A DNA stretch of 64,000 nt, taken from Scyliorhinus canicula (lineage: Eukaryota). Both the position numbers and the translations under genes were made by a program. The stretch is from the NCBI RefSeq assembly GCF_902713615.1, contig NW_024055806.1:124001-188000 (forward strand). Reading direction: 5' to 3'. Of the stretch, positions 24,225-35,051 are shown piece by piece. The stretch's first letter is position 1. Each line of letters opens with the position of its first letter. The notes beneath the pieces are model-generated. The model did not search any database. It saw only the letters and a program-made list of their open reading frames with translations, and had not been told where the DNA came from.

Positions 24225-24408
24225 GGGCTGGTTTAGCACACTGGGTTAAATCGCTGGCTTTTAAAGCAGACCAATGCAGGCCAGCAGCACGGGTTCAATT
24301 CCCGTACCGGCTTCCCTGAATAGGCTCCGGAATGTGGCGACTAGGGGCTTTTCACAGTAACTTCATTGAAGCCTGCTTGTGACAATAAGTGATTTTAATT
24401 CATTCATT
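24225..24408 (+). mobile_element. SINE with a different tRNA-like head and type-2 tail
   Basis: gggctggtttagcacactggg...gggttcaattcccgtacc joined directly to gaataggctccggaatgtggcgactaggggcttttcacag. Confidence 0.8.
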
Positions 24409-24649
24409 ACAGACTGGAATGACAGTCTCTATAGGAACAAACAGAGTGAGAGGAGTGAGGGATAATCACAGTAATCGAGGTGTGAATTGTCTCAAACCAG
24501 GACAGTGAGTTGGATTCTGTAAACCCGGGCAGTATGGTCAGGGTTACATGTAATGTGATATGAACCCGAGATCCCGGTTCAGGCCGGCCTCATGCGAGCA
24601 GAGTTTGATGACCAGTTCCTGCTCGGCAATTTTGGGTTGTCTCTGTGTC

Positions 24650-24859
24650 TTTTTAAAAATAAATTTATTTTTTTTCCCAATTAAGGGGCAATTTAGCCTG
24701 GCCAATCCACCTAACCTGCACATCTTTGGGTTGTGGGCTGAAACCCATGTAGACACGGGGAGAATGTGCAAACTCCAGAAGGATAGTGACCCAGGGCCAG
24801 GATTTGAACCTGGGTCCTCAGCCCTGCAGTCCCAGTGCTAACTGCTTGTCATGCTGCCC
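24650..24859 (-). mobile_element. SINE, short-tail type, inside the old Penelope fragment
   Basis: Head/body and aattgccccttaattgggaaaaa tail. Confidence 0.85.
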
Positions 24860-25369
24860 TTGTTGTCCTGTGTCTTGAAGGCCGCCTTGGAGAATGATTA
24901 GCCGACGACTGGAGCCTCAATCTTTCTGGTGGGCAAGATGCAGCAAGGCGCATGTCCGGCCGCCATCTGTGTAAGGGCAACATTTTGAATGACTGGGATG
25001 AGGTTGTTCCCCATTGTTCAGAATGGAGAAAACCTGTCCATCAAACTGGATTAGTCTTTGATCTAGGGAATTTGACCGTCCATTTCCCTGATTTGCAGGG
25101 ACCCAGATGATAAGTAGAGAAGTCAAGGAAAAGAAGTGAATTCTGCTCTCTGGATCTCTCTCTCCCTCCTGGGACATTGTGCCCCACGCCTCCAAAGATT
25201 TGTGGGTCTGTTATTTACTCTGGGCCTGAATCCATCTCCATCTGCTTTACCCCTGCTCTCCCGAATCACCTTCCACCATTGTTCTCTGTCTCCAGTAATG
25301 AATGAGTTTTAACATATTTTAAATATATTTAGCATGGTTCCATTGATCAGAAACTGAACTGGACTAGCC

Positions 25370-25965
25370 ACATTCATAATGTGGCTGCCAGGTCAAAGGC
25401 CAGGAATCCTGCGGCGAGTAATTCACCACCTGACTCCCCTCAAAGCCTGTCCATCATCTGTAAGGCACAAGTCAGGACTGTAATGGAATACTCTCCACTT
25501 GCCTGCATGAGCGCAGTTCTAACAACACTAAAGAAGCTCGACACCATCCAGGACAAAGCAGCCCGCTTGATTGCCCCCCTTCCACAAACATTAAAACCCT
25601 CCAGCACCAACTAACAGTGGCAGCCGTGTGTACCATCTACAAGATGCACTGCAGTAACTCAACAAGGTTCCTTAGACAACACATTCCAAACCCACGGCCA
25701 CTACCATCTAGAAGGACAAGAGCAGCAGATATCGGGGGACCCCACCGCCTGGAGGATTCCCTACAAGTCACTCACCACCCTGAGCTGGGAATATATCGCC
25801 GCTCCTCCTGTCACTGGGGCAACATCCTGGAACTCCCTCCCTAACAGCACAGTGCATGTACCTACACGCCCAGGACTGCAGCGGTTCAAGAAGGCAACTC
25901 AGCACCACCTTCTGAAGGGCATCTAAGGATGGAGAATAAATGCTGGCCTAACCAGCATCCTGTAC
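25370..25965 (+). mobile_element. CR1/L2-group LINE 3' fragment
   Basis: KAQVRTVMEYSPLACMSA...LKKLDTIQDKAARLI, typical of the post-RT region of this group; ends aataaatgctggcc. Confidence 0.65.
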
Positions 25966-27112
25966 ATTAATTTTTTTTAAATGTTATTGTACTTCCACCG
26001 ACCATGCCTAAATGAGGTTTCCATCACTGCTCATCCCCCGACCATCTCACTGCACCTTTCAGAGTCAGGAATTGCTTTTCCTGTGGCATAATGCATTTCT
26101 CTTCCACTTCTGAGCTTATATTGACCATTTTTGTTCCCTGCAGTTCATTCTGCACAAAGTGAAAATGTGAAATCTGTTCCCCTCCCCACAGATCCTGCTG
26201 AGTGTTTCCAGCATTTCCTCTTTTTATTTCAGCTTTCCAGCAACTGCAGTATTTTGATTTTTTTATTGCAAGCGTCGCTCATGGAAACACAGACAGACCA
26301 ATTAAGAGCCAGTTTGTAGCAGGGTGGGTCCGGAGGAAGAATCTGGTCCATCGCCTCCAGTGTAAGTCTTTTTTCATTGAATCATTGAGTGATTACAATA
26401 CAGACAGGGGCCGGGGCCATTCAGCCTGTCTTGCCTGTGCTAGCTCTCTGAAAGAGCAAATTAGCTTCTTCCACTTCCCTGCCCTCTCACTAACAAGAGA
26501 AAGACGAGCAGGGGGGAGATAAGAGAGAGAGAGAGTGAGTCAAGGGCAGAGAGGAGATTACACAGCGAGAGAGAGACGAGCACTGAGGTGGAAATAAACG
26601 GTCTTGGTTATGATGTGGTTGGAAACCCATATTTAGGTGACACTGAGGTTGTGAACCGTCTGATTCAGACAGTTCCCAGGGAGAGGGATGGAGCCACTGG
26701 TGAGGGAGTGGAGTTTATAGCTGGGACTGAAGACAAGGCTTCAGTCTTGTCAATAATTAAATTGAGAGAGGAAATTTCTCCTTATCCAGTACTGGATATC
26801 TGATTAGTCAGGACGGTATGTTACCTGGAGGGGAAACACAAGATGACGATGTTCAATATGGAAGATTATTATTATTAATATATACCTGCTATCCCAGTCC
26901 TTTTGGGTGGTTCATGTTGATGGTTGGCAGACTTTTGTCGAGTTGTAGCTGTATAAACTTCATCCCCTTCAACCCTGCTGCTCCACGTCGCTCTCTCTCT
27001 TTGTGTTTATGTGGGTTCTCTTTCACTCCCTTTTTTCTGTTTTAAATCAGTTTCACAGGACATTGGAAAAGTCGCCAATTTATCATCACCTGAATATCAT
27101 CAGATTTTGAAC

Positions 27113-27787
27113 ATGGAAGAGAAAAGCATCGTTCACAGTGAGGAGAAACCGTTCACGTGTTCTGTGTGTGGACGAGGATTCAGACAATCATCTGACCTGT
27201 TAAAACATCAGCGCAGTCACACCGGGGAGAGACCGTTCACCTGCTCTCAGTGTGGGAAAGGATTCATTCAGTCACCCAACCTGCTGAGACACCAGCGGAT
27301 TCACACAGATGAGAGGCCGTTCCAATGCCCAGACTGCGGGAAGTGCTATAAAAGTTCTGGGGATCTCAAGTCCCATCAACGTGTTCACACTGACGAGAAA
27401 CCGTTCAGATGCTCTCACTGCGAGACTGGGTTCAGGCGATCATTTAACCTCACTCAACACCAGCGAGTTCACACCGGGGAGAGACCATTCACCTGCTCTA
27501 ACTGTATGAAAGGATTTATTACCCCATCCCAACTGCGGACACACCAACGCATTCACACTGGGGAGAAGCCATTCACTTGCTCCAAGTGTGGGAAGGGGTT
27601 CACTTGTGCATCAGCTATGCTGGTTCACCAGCGAATTCACACCAGAGAGGAGCCATTCACCTGCCCTCATTGTGGGAAAGGATTCACTCAGTCATCCAAC
27701 CTGCTGAGACACCAGCGGATTCACACTGATGAGACACCGTTAAATGCCTGGACTGTGAGAAGTACTGTCGAAGCTCCTGGGAACTGA
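27113..27787 (+). CDS. C2H2 zinc-finger gene B, 7 intact fingers then a -1 frameshift
   Basis: Acceptor cagtttcacAG near 27059, MEEKSIVHS start, seven CxxC...HxxxH fingers. gag aca ccg tta aat gcc (~27730-27745) lacks one base relative to RPFKC. No KRAB/SCAN/BTB recognised. Confidence 0.85.
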   Translation: MEEKSIVHSEEKPFTCSVCGRGFRQSSDLLKHQRSHTGERPFTCSQCGKGFIQSPNLLRHQRIHTDERPFQCPDCGKCYKSSGDLKSHQRVHTDEKPFRCSHCETGFRRSFNLTQHQRVHTGERPFTCSNCMKGFITPSQLRTHQRIHTGEKPFTCSKCGKGFTCASAMLVHQRIHTREEPFTCPHCGKGFTQSSNLLRHQRIHTDETPLNAWTVRSTVEAPGN

Positions 27788-29200
27788 AGTTCCGTCAACA
27801 TATTCACACTGATGAAGGACCATTCAGCTGCTCTCCCATTGGGACTGGGTTCAAACGATCATCTGACCTCACTGTACATCAGGGCACTCACACTGAGAGA
27901 GGCTGTTCACCTGCTCTGAGTGTGGGAAGGGATTCACTTGTTCATCACACTTACTGACACACCAGAAGGTTCACACTGATGAGACCTTTTAAATGTCCAG
28001 ATTGTGGGAATTTTTAAATAACCTTTATTGTCACAAGTGGGCTTACATTAACACTGCAATGAAGTTACTGTGAAAAGCCCGTAGTCGCTACATTCCAGCA
28101 CCTGGTCGGGTATAATGAGGGAGAATTCAGACTGTCCAAAGTACCTAATAGGACTTGTGGGCGGAAACCGGAGCACCCGGAGGAAACCCACGCAGACATA
28201 GGGAGAACGTGCAGACTCCGCACAGACAGTGACCCAAGCTGGGAATCAAACCTGGGATCCTGGTGCTGTGAAGCCGTAGTGGTAGCCATTATGCTACCGT
28301 GCTGCCCACTGGAGCCCTGATATCCCACCAACTTGTTCACACTGCTGAGAGATGGTTCAAGTGCTCTCACTGTGACAGTAGGTTTAGGCATTCATCTGAC
28401 CTCACTGTACATCACAGTCACACTGCCGAGAGTCCATTCACCTGCTCTGAATGTGGGAAAGGATTCAGTATCGCATCCTGCCTTCAGACACCAGAAATTC
28501 AGACTGGGCAGAGGCCATTCACCTGCTCTGAATGTGGGAAAGGATTCAGTATCGCATCCTGCCTTCAGACACCAGAGAATTCAGACTGGGCAGAGTCCAT
28601 TCACCTGCTCTGAATGTTGGAAGAGATTTAGTCAGTCATCCCAACTGCTGATACATCGGTGCATTCACACTGGGGAGAGGCCGTTCTCTTGCTCTGAGTG
28701 TGGGAAGGGATTTATTCAGTCATTCCAACTGTGGATACACCAGCAAGTTCACACTGGGGAGAAACCATTCAGTTCTGTGTGTGGAAAACAATTCACTCAT
28801 TCATCCTACCTGCTGATCCACCAGCAACTTCACACTGAGGAGAGGCCATTCACCTGTTCCAAGTGTAGGATGGGATTTGCTCACTTGTCCAACCTGGTGA
28901 GACATCAGCCAGTTCACACTGATGAGTGACCTATTAAATGCCCAGACTGCGGGAAGTGCTGTAAACTTTCCGAGGAACTTTATCTCCCATTGACGTGTTG
29001 ACCGATGTGAGTAAGTTCAGGTGCTCTCACTGTGGGACTGGATTCAGGCAAACATCTCACCTCACAGTTCACCATTGCACTCACTCTGGGAAGAGGCCAT
29101 CTCATGCTCCGAGTGTGGGAGGAGAGTCAATTAGACATACATTCTTCTGAGACAGCGGTGTATTCATACTGGGGAGAGGCCAACCGTCTGCTCTATGTGT
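27788..29200 (+). pseudogene. Decayed continuation of ZNF gene B finger array, split by a SINE
   Basis: Frameshifted finger repeats ([17 protein letters not shown]), including a tandem ~77-bp duplication at 28430-28590. Confidence 0.8.
28012..28307 (-). mobile_element. SINE, tail type 2, inserted in ZNF gene B array
   Basis: Complete head, body and tail between finger-coding sequences. Confidence 0.85.
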
Positions 29201-29204
29201 GTGT

Positions 29205-29720
29205 GTGTGTAGGGAGTATCACAGTCACACAGTCTGCTGTTGGACAGTCATTCACTTGCTCTGTGTGTGTGTGTGTGTAGGGATTCACTGTCACAAAGTC
29301 TGCTGTTTGACAGTCATTCACTTGCTGTGTGTGTCGGGATTCACTCAGTCACACAGTCTGCTGTTCGACAGTCATTCACTTGTCCTATGTGTGTGTGTAG
29401 GGATTCACTCAGTCACACAGTCCGCTGTTCGACAGTCATTTACTTGCCCTGTCTGTGTGTGTGTAGGGATTCACTCAGTCACACAGTCCGCTGTTCGACA
29501 GTCATTTACTTGCCCTGTCTGTGTGTGTGTAGGGATTCACTCAGTCACACAGTCTGCTGTTCGACAGTCATTCACTTGCCCTGTGTGTGTGTGTAGGGAT
29601 TCACTCAGTCACGCAGTCTGCTGTTCGACAGTCATTCACTTGCCCTCTGTGTGTCTGTGTGTGTGTGTAGGGATTCACTCAGTCACACAGTTTGCTGTTG
29701 GACAGTCATTCACTTTCTCC
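29205..29720 (+). repeat. ~57-74-bp minisatellite with (GT)n core, 8 units
   Basis: agggattcactcagtcacacagtctgctgttcgacagtcattcacttgccct(gt)n; unit starts near 29211, 29279, 29336, 29399, 29465, 29530, 29595 and 29669. Confidence 0.92.
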
Positions 29721-31155
29721 ATGTGTGGAAATGTTTCAACTGACCTGATGAAAGTTCACACTGGGCTGAGACTGTTCACTCCTCTGAGTGGGAAGGGATT
29801 CACTCAGTCGTTTAAACCTTTGACTCCTCAGTGAGTTCACACTGCACAGAGGGTGGCTGTGTGCGCTGTCTGGAAACACAGCTTCTGATAATGGAATTCA
29901 TATTGATCAGAGATCCTGGATTTCATTTCAAATTGTTACAGTGTTGCTCCCGAAAATCTAAATATACCACGTGTTTTTACCGAATTATCCATAACACTTA
30001 ATACGAGCTCGGAAACTAAGAAACAATGAGACATTGGTTCAATGTTTTTATTTCTATCACATAACCCATTCCAGACAGAGACCGTGAGATTACTGGATAC
30101 TGACGGGAGGTCTCATCAGAAAGATCAGTGAGCACGTTATTCTAATCTGATCAATCTGCTCGAAGGTAGATCTGGTCAGGAACACCGAGATTTTATATTG
30201 ATCCTTTCTGACTTTAGTAACGTGTTCTTAACTTGTCAACACACTCTGGTTATTTATTTATCAAAGTGGAACACATAAACCCATTAATTAACCTGGTAAA
30301 TGATGTCATGCTCTTTAGTCAGTCTGTGTGATATGGTCACCACGTTTCTCATGGTTTATAACTGAATATCTCCTCTCTTCCTTAAAAACTTAAGAATGTC
30401 TTTGTATTTAGTGCATCTCCTGACCCTCAGGCTCAGTGTCGAGAATATACATTGTCTGTCCTTTCGGATTATTTATCTCTTCATGTCCAATCTTATCCTC
30501 AGTCTGACCTCTGAGAACCTGTTTGTATTGTAGGTCCTTTGTTTTAATGTGTGTAAGTGACATTACTGTTGAATAATGTTTATTAAAGTTATTCAGATCT
30601 TCTCTGTGTTGCCTCCCTCTGTCTACATTTCCCATCATGACAATCAATAAGGTTCTTCCTTTTGTAGCTTTACAGTTTTCTCTTGCTCGGTGCAAACATT
30701 TCCATTATATTCTTTCTCCTTGCAACCTGTTTACTTGAATTTCTGTAACATTGTGGCCTTTACACACACTTCCCCGAGGGGCACTCCGGGATTTTCTATA
30801 TGTAAACTGTGGTCGCGAAAACCCCCCACCCCTGATTAGTTGGAGATCCATTTCCCAGCCAGGCCTCCAGCATCTTCCCCTCTCTATTCGTGCACAGGTT
30901 CCTTTACTCTCAGCTAAATTCAGCCCTCAGCTCCATCACCTGGCTGTCAGTGACACGAACAATAGAGACAGACAGGTGCACGAGGGAAGTCAGAATTTGT
31001 GGATTAGGACCTCCATAAAGGTCAGCAAATTATTTTAAAAAAATTGAATTCCCAGTCAACAAATTAAAGAATGACACGGCGGGACTTCACGTGTTATGAC
31101 TTTTAATGCAACAAACTAAAAGGTACATTAACCTACACATAGAACTTTGCTCTTT

Positions 31156-31462
31156 TTTAATAATAATAATCTTTATTATCGTCACAAGTAGGCTGACATT
31201 AACACTGCAATGAAGATACTGTGAAAAGCCCCTAGTTGCCACAGTCCGGCACCTGTTTGAGTACACAGAGGGAGAATTCCGGATGCCAAATTCATCTAAC
31301 AAGCACACCTTTCGGGACTTGTGGGAGGAAACCGGAGCATCCGGAGGAAACCCACACAGACACAGGGAGAACATGCAGACTGTACAACAGTGGCTCAAGT
31401 GGGAATTGAACCTGGCGCCCTGGCACTGTGAAGCACCAGTGCTAACCACTGTGCTACCATAC
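31156..31462 (-). mobile_element. SINE, tail type 2
   Basis: Head, body and tail with (ATT)n end. Confidence 0.85.
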
Positions 31463-32354
31463 CACAGTTACGCAATCTAAATTCGAACTGCACGATTATA
31501 GTTACTTTGCCCTGCAAGTAGAAACTGAATTATCTCAGAACCAGTCCGAAGTAATGAGTCATTCCCGAGGATTTACTTGCGTTCTTTTCACAGTCAGGCA
31601 GCCTTTAATCCCAGAACTGTCTTTCACAGTGAAAGATTAGCCAGCTGCCAGAAAACCGAGAGGAGGCACAAATAGGCCATTTTCTGGTTGGCGAGACGTA
31701 ATGAGTGATGTGTCACAGGGATCAGTGCTGGAGCCTCAACGTTTTACAATTTATATCAATGCCTTTGATGACAGTACCAAAGGTATGCCCACTTAGTTTG
31801 CTGATGATGCAGGCAAAAAGGAAAAGCAGGTGGCGTTGCTCAGATAATAAGGGACAGCATCATAACATTAGTAAGGGTGGATCTCAGATCAGGAATACAA
31901 AACGTGGAATATGTTTGGGTGGAGACAAGAACAGCATGGGGCAGGAAACATTGGTAAGAGCTGTTATAGGCCACCAAACAGTACGGGTTGTGTGGTACAA
32001 GGTATTAATCGGAGATTAGAGAAGGATGTAGCATGGGTAAAACATTAACGGGTGACTTCAATCTGCATATAGACTGGGTAAACTTAATGGACACTGATGC
32101 TGTGGAGGACAAGTTTTTGGAGTGTGTTAGGGACAGTTATCTACAGCAGTATGTTGAGGAACCGACTAGAGAACAGGCTCTTGTAGATCTAGTATGATGC
32201 AATGATAAAGGGCTAATTGATAATCGCGCTGAAAACAACCTTTAGGGATGTGTGACCAGAATATTGAATATGAGGTATTCCAATCTGAAGCCAGGGTACT
32301 AAGCTTGAAGGAAGTTATGAAGGTTGAAGGGACGACTGGACTTCCGGGCGGCGA

Positions 32355-32960
32355 GCGAGGAGGTCGCAGGGAGAGGGGCTCCCGCAAGCGCCAGGAAGGA
32401 ACCCCCCCGACAGGCCGGACGGCGGAGGAGGAGCGGGCGGCAACGGCGGAGGAGGAGCGGGCGGCAACGGCGGAGGAGCGGGCGACAACGGAGGAGCGGC
32501 GGGCGGCAGCGGCGGGCGGCAGCGGAGGAGAAGCGGAGGAGGAGCGGGCGGCAGCTGAGGAGGAGCGGGCGGCGGCGGAAGGCGGAGGCGAGGAGCGACG
32601 GCGACAGGGAGGCCCAGCAGCGGCAGGTCCAACCCCTCTCTCCCCCCCCCCCCCCCACGCGGGCCGGGAACGGTGCGGTAGCGGCGGGCCCTCTTCCCCC
32701 CCCCAAACCAGCAGCGGGACACCACCTTCCCCCCCCCAACCAGCAGCGGGGACACCAACTCCCCCCCCCCCCCCCCAACCAGCAGCGAGGACACCAACTC
32801 CCCCCCCCCCCCCCAACCAGCAGCGAGGACGCCAACCCCCCCCCCCCCCCCCCCCCCCAACCAGCAGCGAGGACACCACCCCCCCCCCCCCCCCCCCAAC
32901 CAGCAGCGGGGACACAAACCCCCCCCCCCAACCCCCCAACCAGCAGCCCCACTCGCCCCT
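32355..32960 (+). repeat. Tandem repeats in the L1 5'UTR
   Basis: ~21-bp ggcggaggaggagcgggcggca-type units at 32355-32600, then about 8 units of ccaaccagcagcg(a/g)ggaca/gccaa + poly(C) at 32690-32950. Confidence 0.85.
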
Positions 32961-33276
32961 CCCCCTCCCCCCAACTGCAGTGACCACCACGTGGCAAGGA
33001 CAAAGGGGGACTCTCTCTCTCTCTCCTGGGCGAGTGGAGAGAGAAAACAAAAGAAAAAAGAGACTTATATTTCTGTTCTTTTTTTTTAAAATAAAAACCC
33101 AAAAGAAAACTGGTAAAGAGAAAAGGGGTGAAATAAAGGGGTAAAGGAAAGAAGGGGGGAAATAAATTTTTCATTTTTAAAAAAAAAAATATATACATAT
33201 ATTTTTATATATATATAAATAAAATTAAAATAGGGTGCGGAAAAGGGGGAAAAGAAGAACAAGGAGAGAAGAAACG

Positions 33277-34281
33277 ATGAAGGGGAAGGGGGAGAAAAAA
33301 ATGCCAGAAGGGACCCAAGAGAAAGGGGGCACCGGAGGTGGACGGGGCAAAGGGCAAACCAGCTTGGGCGAACGAGTCAACACGCGAAGCAGCGGGAAGA
33401 ATGTATCGCCGCATCCAAAAGGGCTGGACGGGCGGGCAACCTCTCCCCTGGGGTTAGAGGGGGGCGTGAATTGGAAGGAAGCCATTGCAGAGGTGGTGAG
33501 GGAGCAGCTGCAGGCAATCAAGGCAGAGTTAAAAGCAGACACAGAGGCCGCAGCACAGGCAGCAATGACCAGGGCCATGTCAGGGGTGCAGCAGGCTCTG
33601 ACCAGAATGGAGGAGAAAGTGGATGCCCAAGGGAAGATACTGGAAGCCCACGGGGCAACCATTAAAGAGCTGGAGAAGGCAGCGACTGACGTGAGCGACC
33701 GGGTCATGTCCCTGGAGAGGGAAATGGCGAAACTGAGTGCAACACAGGGGAGCCTGAAGGGCAGGGTAGACGACCAGGAGATCAACTCGAGAAGGCAAAA
33801 CATTAAGATAGTGGGCCTGCCAGAGGGGATAGAGGGTAGAAATCCCACAACATTCGTGGCTGCGATGCTGGGCTCCTTGGTGGGGCGGGAAACTTTTCCC
33901 ACCCCACCGGAAATGGACAGAGCTCATCGGTCACTGCGCCCGAAGCCCAAGGAAGGGGAAAAACCGAGAGCAGTTATAGCCAGACTGCACCGGTACCGGG
34001 ATAGGGAGACAATCCTGCGCTGGGCCAAGGAGAATAGAGCCTGCAATTGGGACGGGCACGCCATCAGAATCTACGAGGATTTTGGAGCGGACATAGCTAA
34101 GAGACGGGCGGAGTTCAACAGAGCGAAAGCAGCTCTCTATAAGAACAAAGTACGTTTTGGTATGCTGTACCCAGCAAAACTCTGGGTCACATACCAACAC
34201 AAGGAATATTTCTTTACAGCCCCTGCCGAGGCGAATAGATTCGTTGAGGAGCACGGGCTGGAAAAACGCCATGGGAAGTAG
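33277..34281 (+). CDS. L1 ORF1p (coiled coil, RRM, CTD)
   Basis: Heptad-rich region, then NSRRQNIKIVGLPEGIEG, MDRAHRS, VIARLHRYRDRETIL, IRIYEDF...KRRAEF, FGMLYPAKLWV. First ATG at 33277; the track starts at a GTG at 33235. Confidence 0.93.
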   Translation: MKGKGEKKMPEGTQEKGGTGGGRGKGQTSLGERVNTRSSGKNVSPHPKGLDGRATSPLGLEGGVNWKEAIAEVVREQLQAIKAELKADTEAAAQAAMTRAMSGVQQALTRMEEKVDAQGKILEAHGATIKELEKAATDVSDRVMSLEREMAKLSATQGSLKGRVDDQEINSRRQNIKIVGLPEGIEGRNPTTFVAAMLGSLVGRETFPTPPEMDRAHRSLRPKPKEGEKPRAVIARLHRYRDRETILRWAKENRACNWDGHAIRIYEDFGADIAKRRAEFNRAKAALYKNKVRFGMLYPAKLWVTYQHKEYFFTAPAEANRFVEEHGLEKRHGK

Positions 34282-35051
34282 GGACGAGGGGCCCATGGCA
34301 AGGAGATACGTCATGCCGACGGGGGGGTGGGGAGGGGCGAGGCAAAGCCAGCCCCCTCCCCCCTGGCAGGAGCACCCAGGAAAAACAACCCAATGCCCAA
34401 GGGCCCGCTCCAGGTGGGAGGCCAGGCCCCGGCACGAGGGAACGGGAGTACTGGAGAGGGGAGAGGGGAAGGGGGACAGCAACCTCCGAGCGGGGAGCCA
34501 CCGTGCTAGCAGGAAAGCTAGCGAAGGGGGCGCGCAACAGAGCAGGGCCGCAGCGCACCCCCAACAGGGGGGAAGGCGCCAGGCAGGGAGGGGGGGGATC
34601 ACCCATCAAAGGTGGGAGAGCAAATGGGGACAGGAATGGGGGAGAGAGGGGCAATGGAGGGGTACACAGGGGTATCCCCGAAAGGGATAGAGCGGGGGGG
34701 GGGGGGCACTCGGGGGGCGAGAGACCAGGGAGGGGAAATGCAGGGACGAAGGGACAAAAGAGGCCAGAAAGGGAATAGGGCCACAAAGTGCCACAGACAA
34801 GGGCTCGAAACAGGGAACTGCTGCAAACACCCACCCAGTACGGTCTGTGGGTGAAGGGGCCCCCCGGAGTGCAGGGGGCTACCCGCGTGGCGGACACACA
34901 GTGGACGGCCATGGCGGGTGTCCCCGGGACAAGGGGGAACCCCGGAGCGCAGGGACCCGACCGCATGGGGAGAGCAGTGATAGTGGACATCCTGGACGGC
35001 CCCCTAACAAAGGGAAACCCCAGAGGGCAGGGGCGCGTCCACCGGACAAAT

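Larger units (their letters stand above)
23815..24900 (-). mobile_element. Older related Penelope 3' end/pLTR, fragmented by three later insertions
   Basis: 24470-24648 encodes ...QRQPKIAEQELVIKLCSHEAGLNRDLGFISHY (cf. RQRKIAEQKLIAKFRTHECGLNRDLGFMSHY). 23820-23950 has the variant hammerhead cacCTGAGGAaggagcagcgctccGAAAgcTTgtg. Confidence 0.8.

Noticed and set aside
29199-29834. 211-aa Cys/Val-rich ORF as a metallothionein-like or novel repeat protein
   Set aside because: Product of the (GT)n-containing minisatellite; the frame shifts between units.
30400-31080. Possible retroelement or gene fragment (ORF 30408-30695)
   Set aside because: No motif I can assign with confidence; a translated search against Dfam/Repbase/nr would be needed.
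32248-33198. ORFs of about 300 aa across the L1 5'UTR on both strands (ORF0-like?)
   Set aside because: GC-rich low-complexity repeats open all frames; the plus ORF begins in flanking CR1/TSD sequence and so cannot be an element-encoded gene.
33225-34602. Antisense ORFs overlapping L1 ORF1 and the spacer
   Set aside because: Expected shadow frames of a GC-rich coding sequence; no recognisable motifs.
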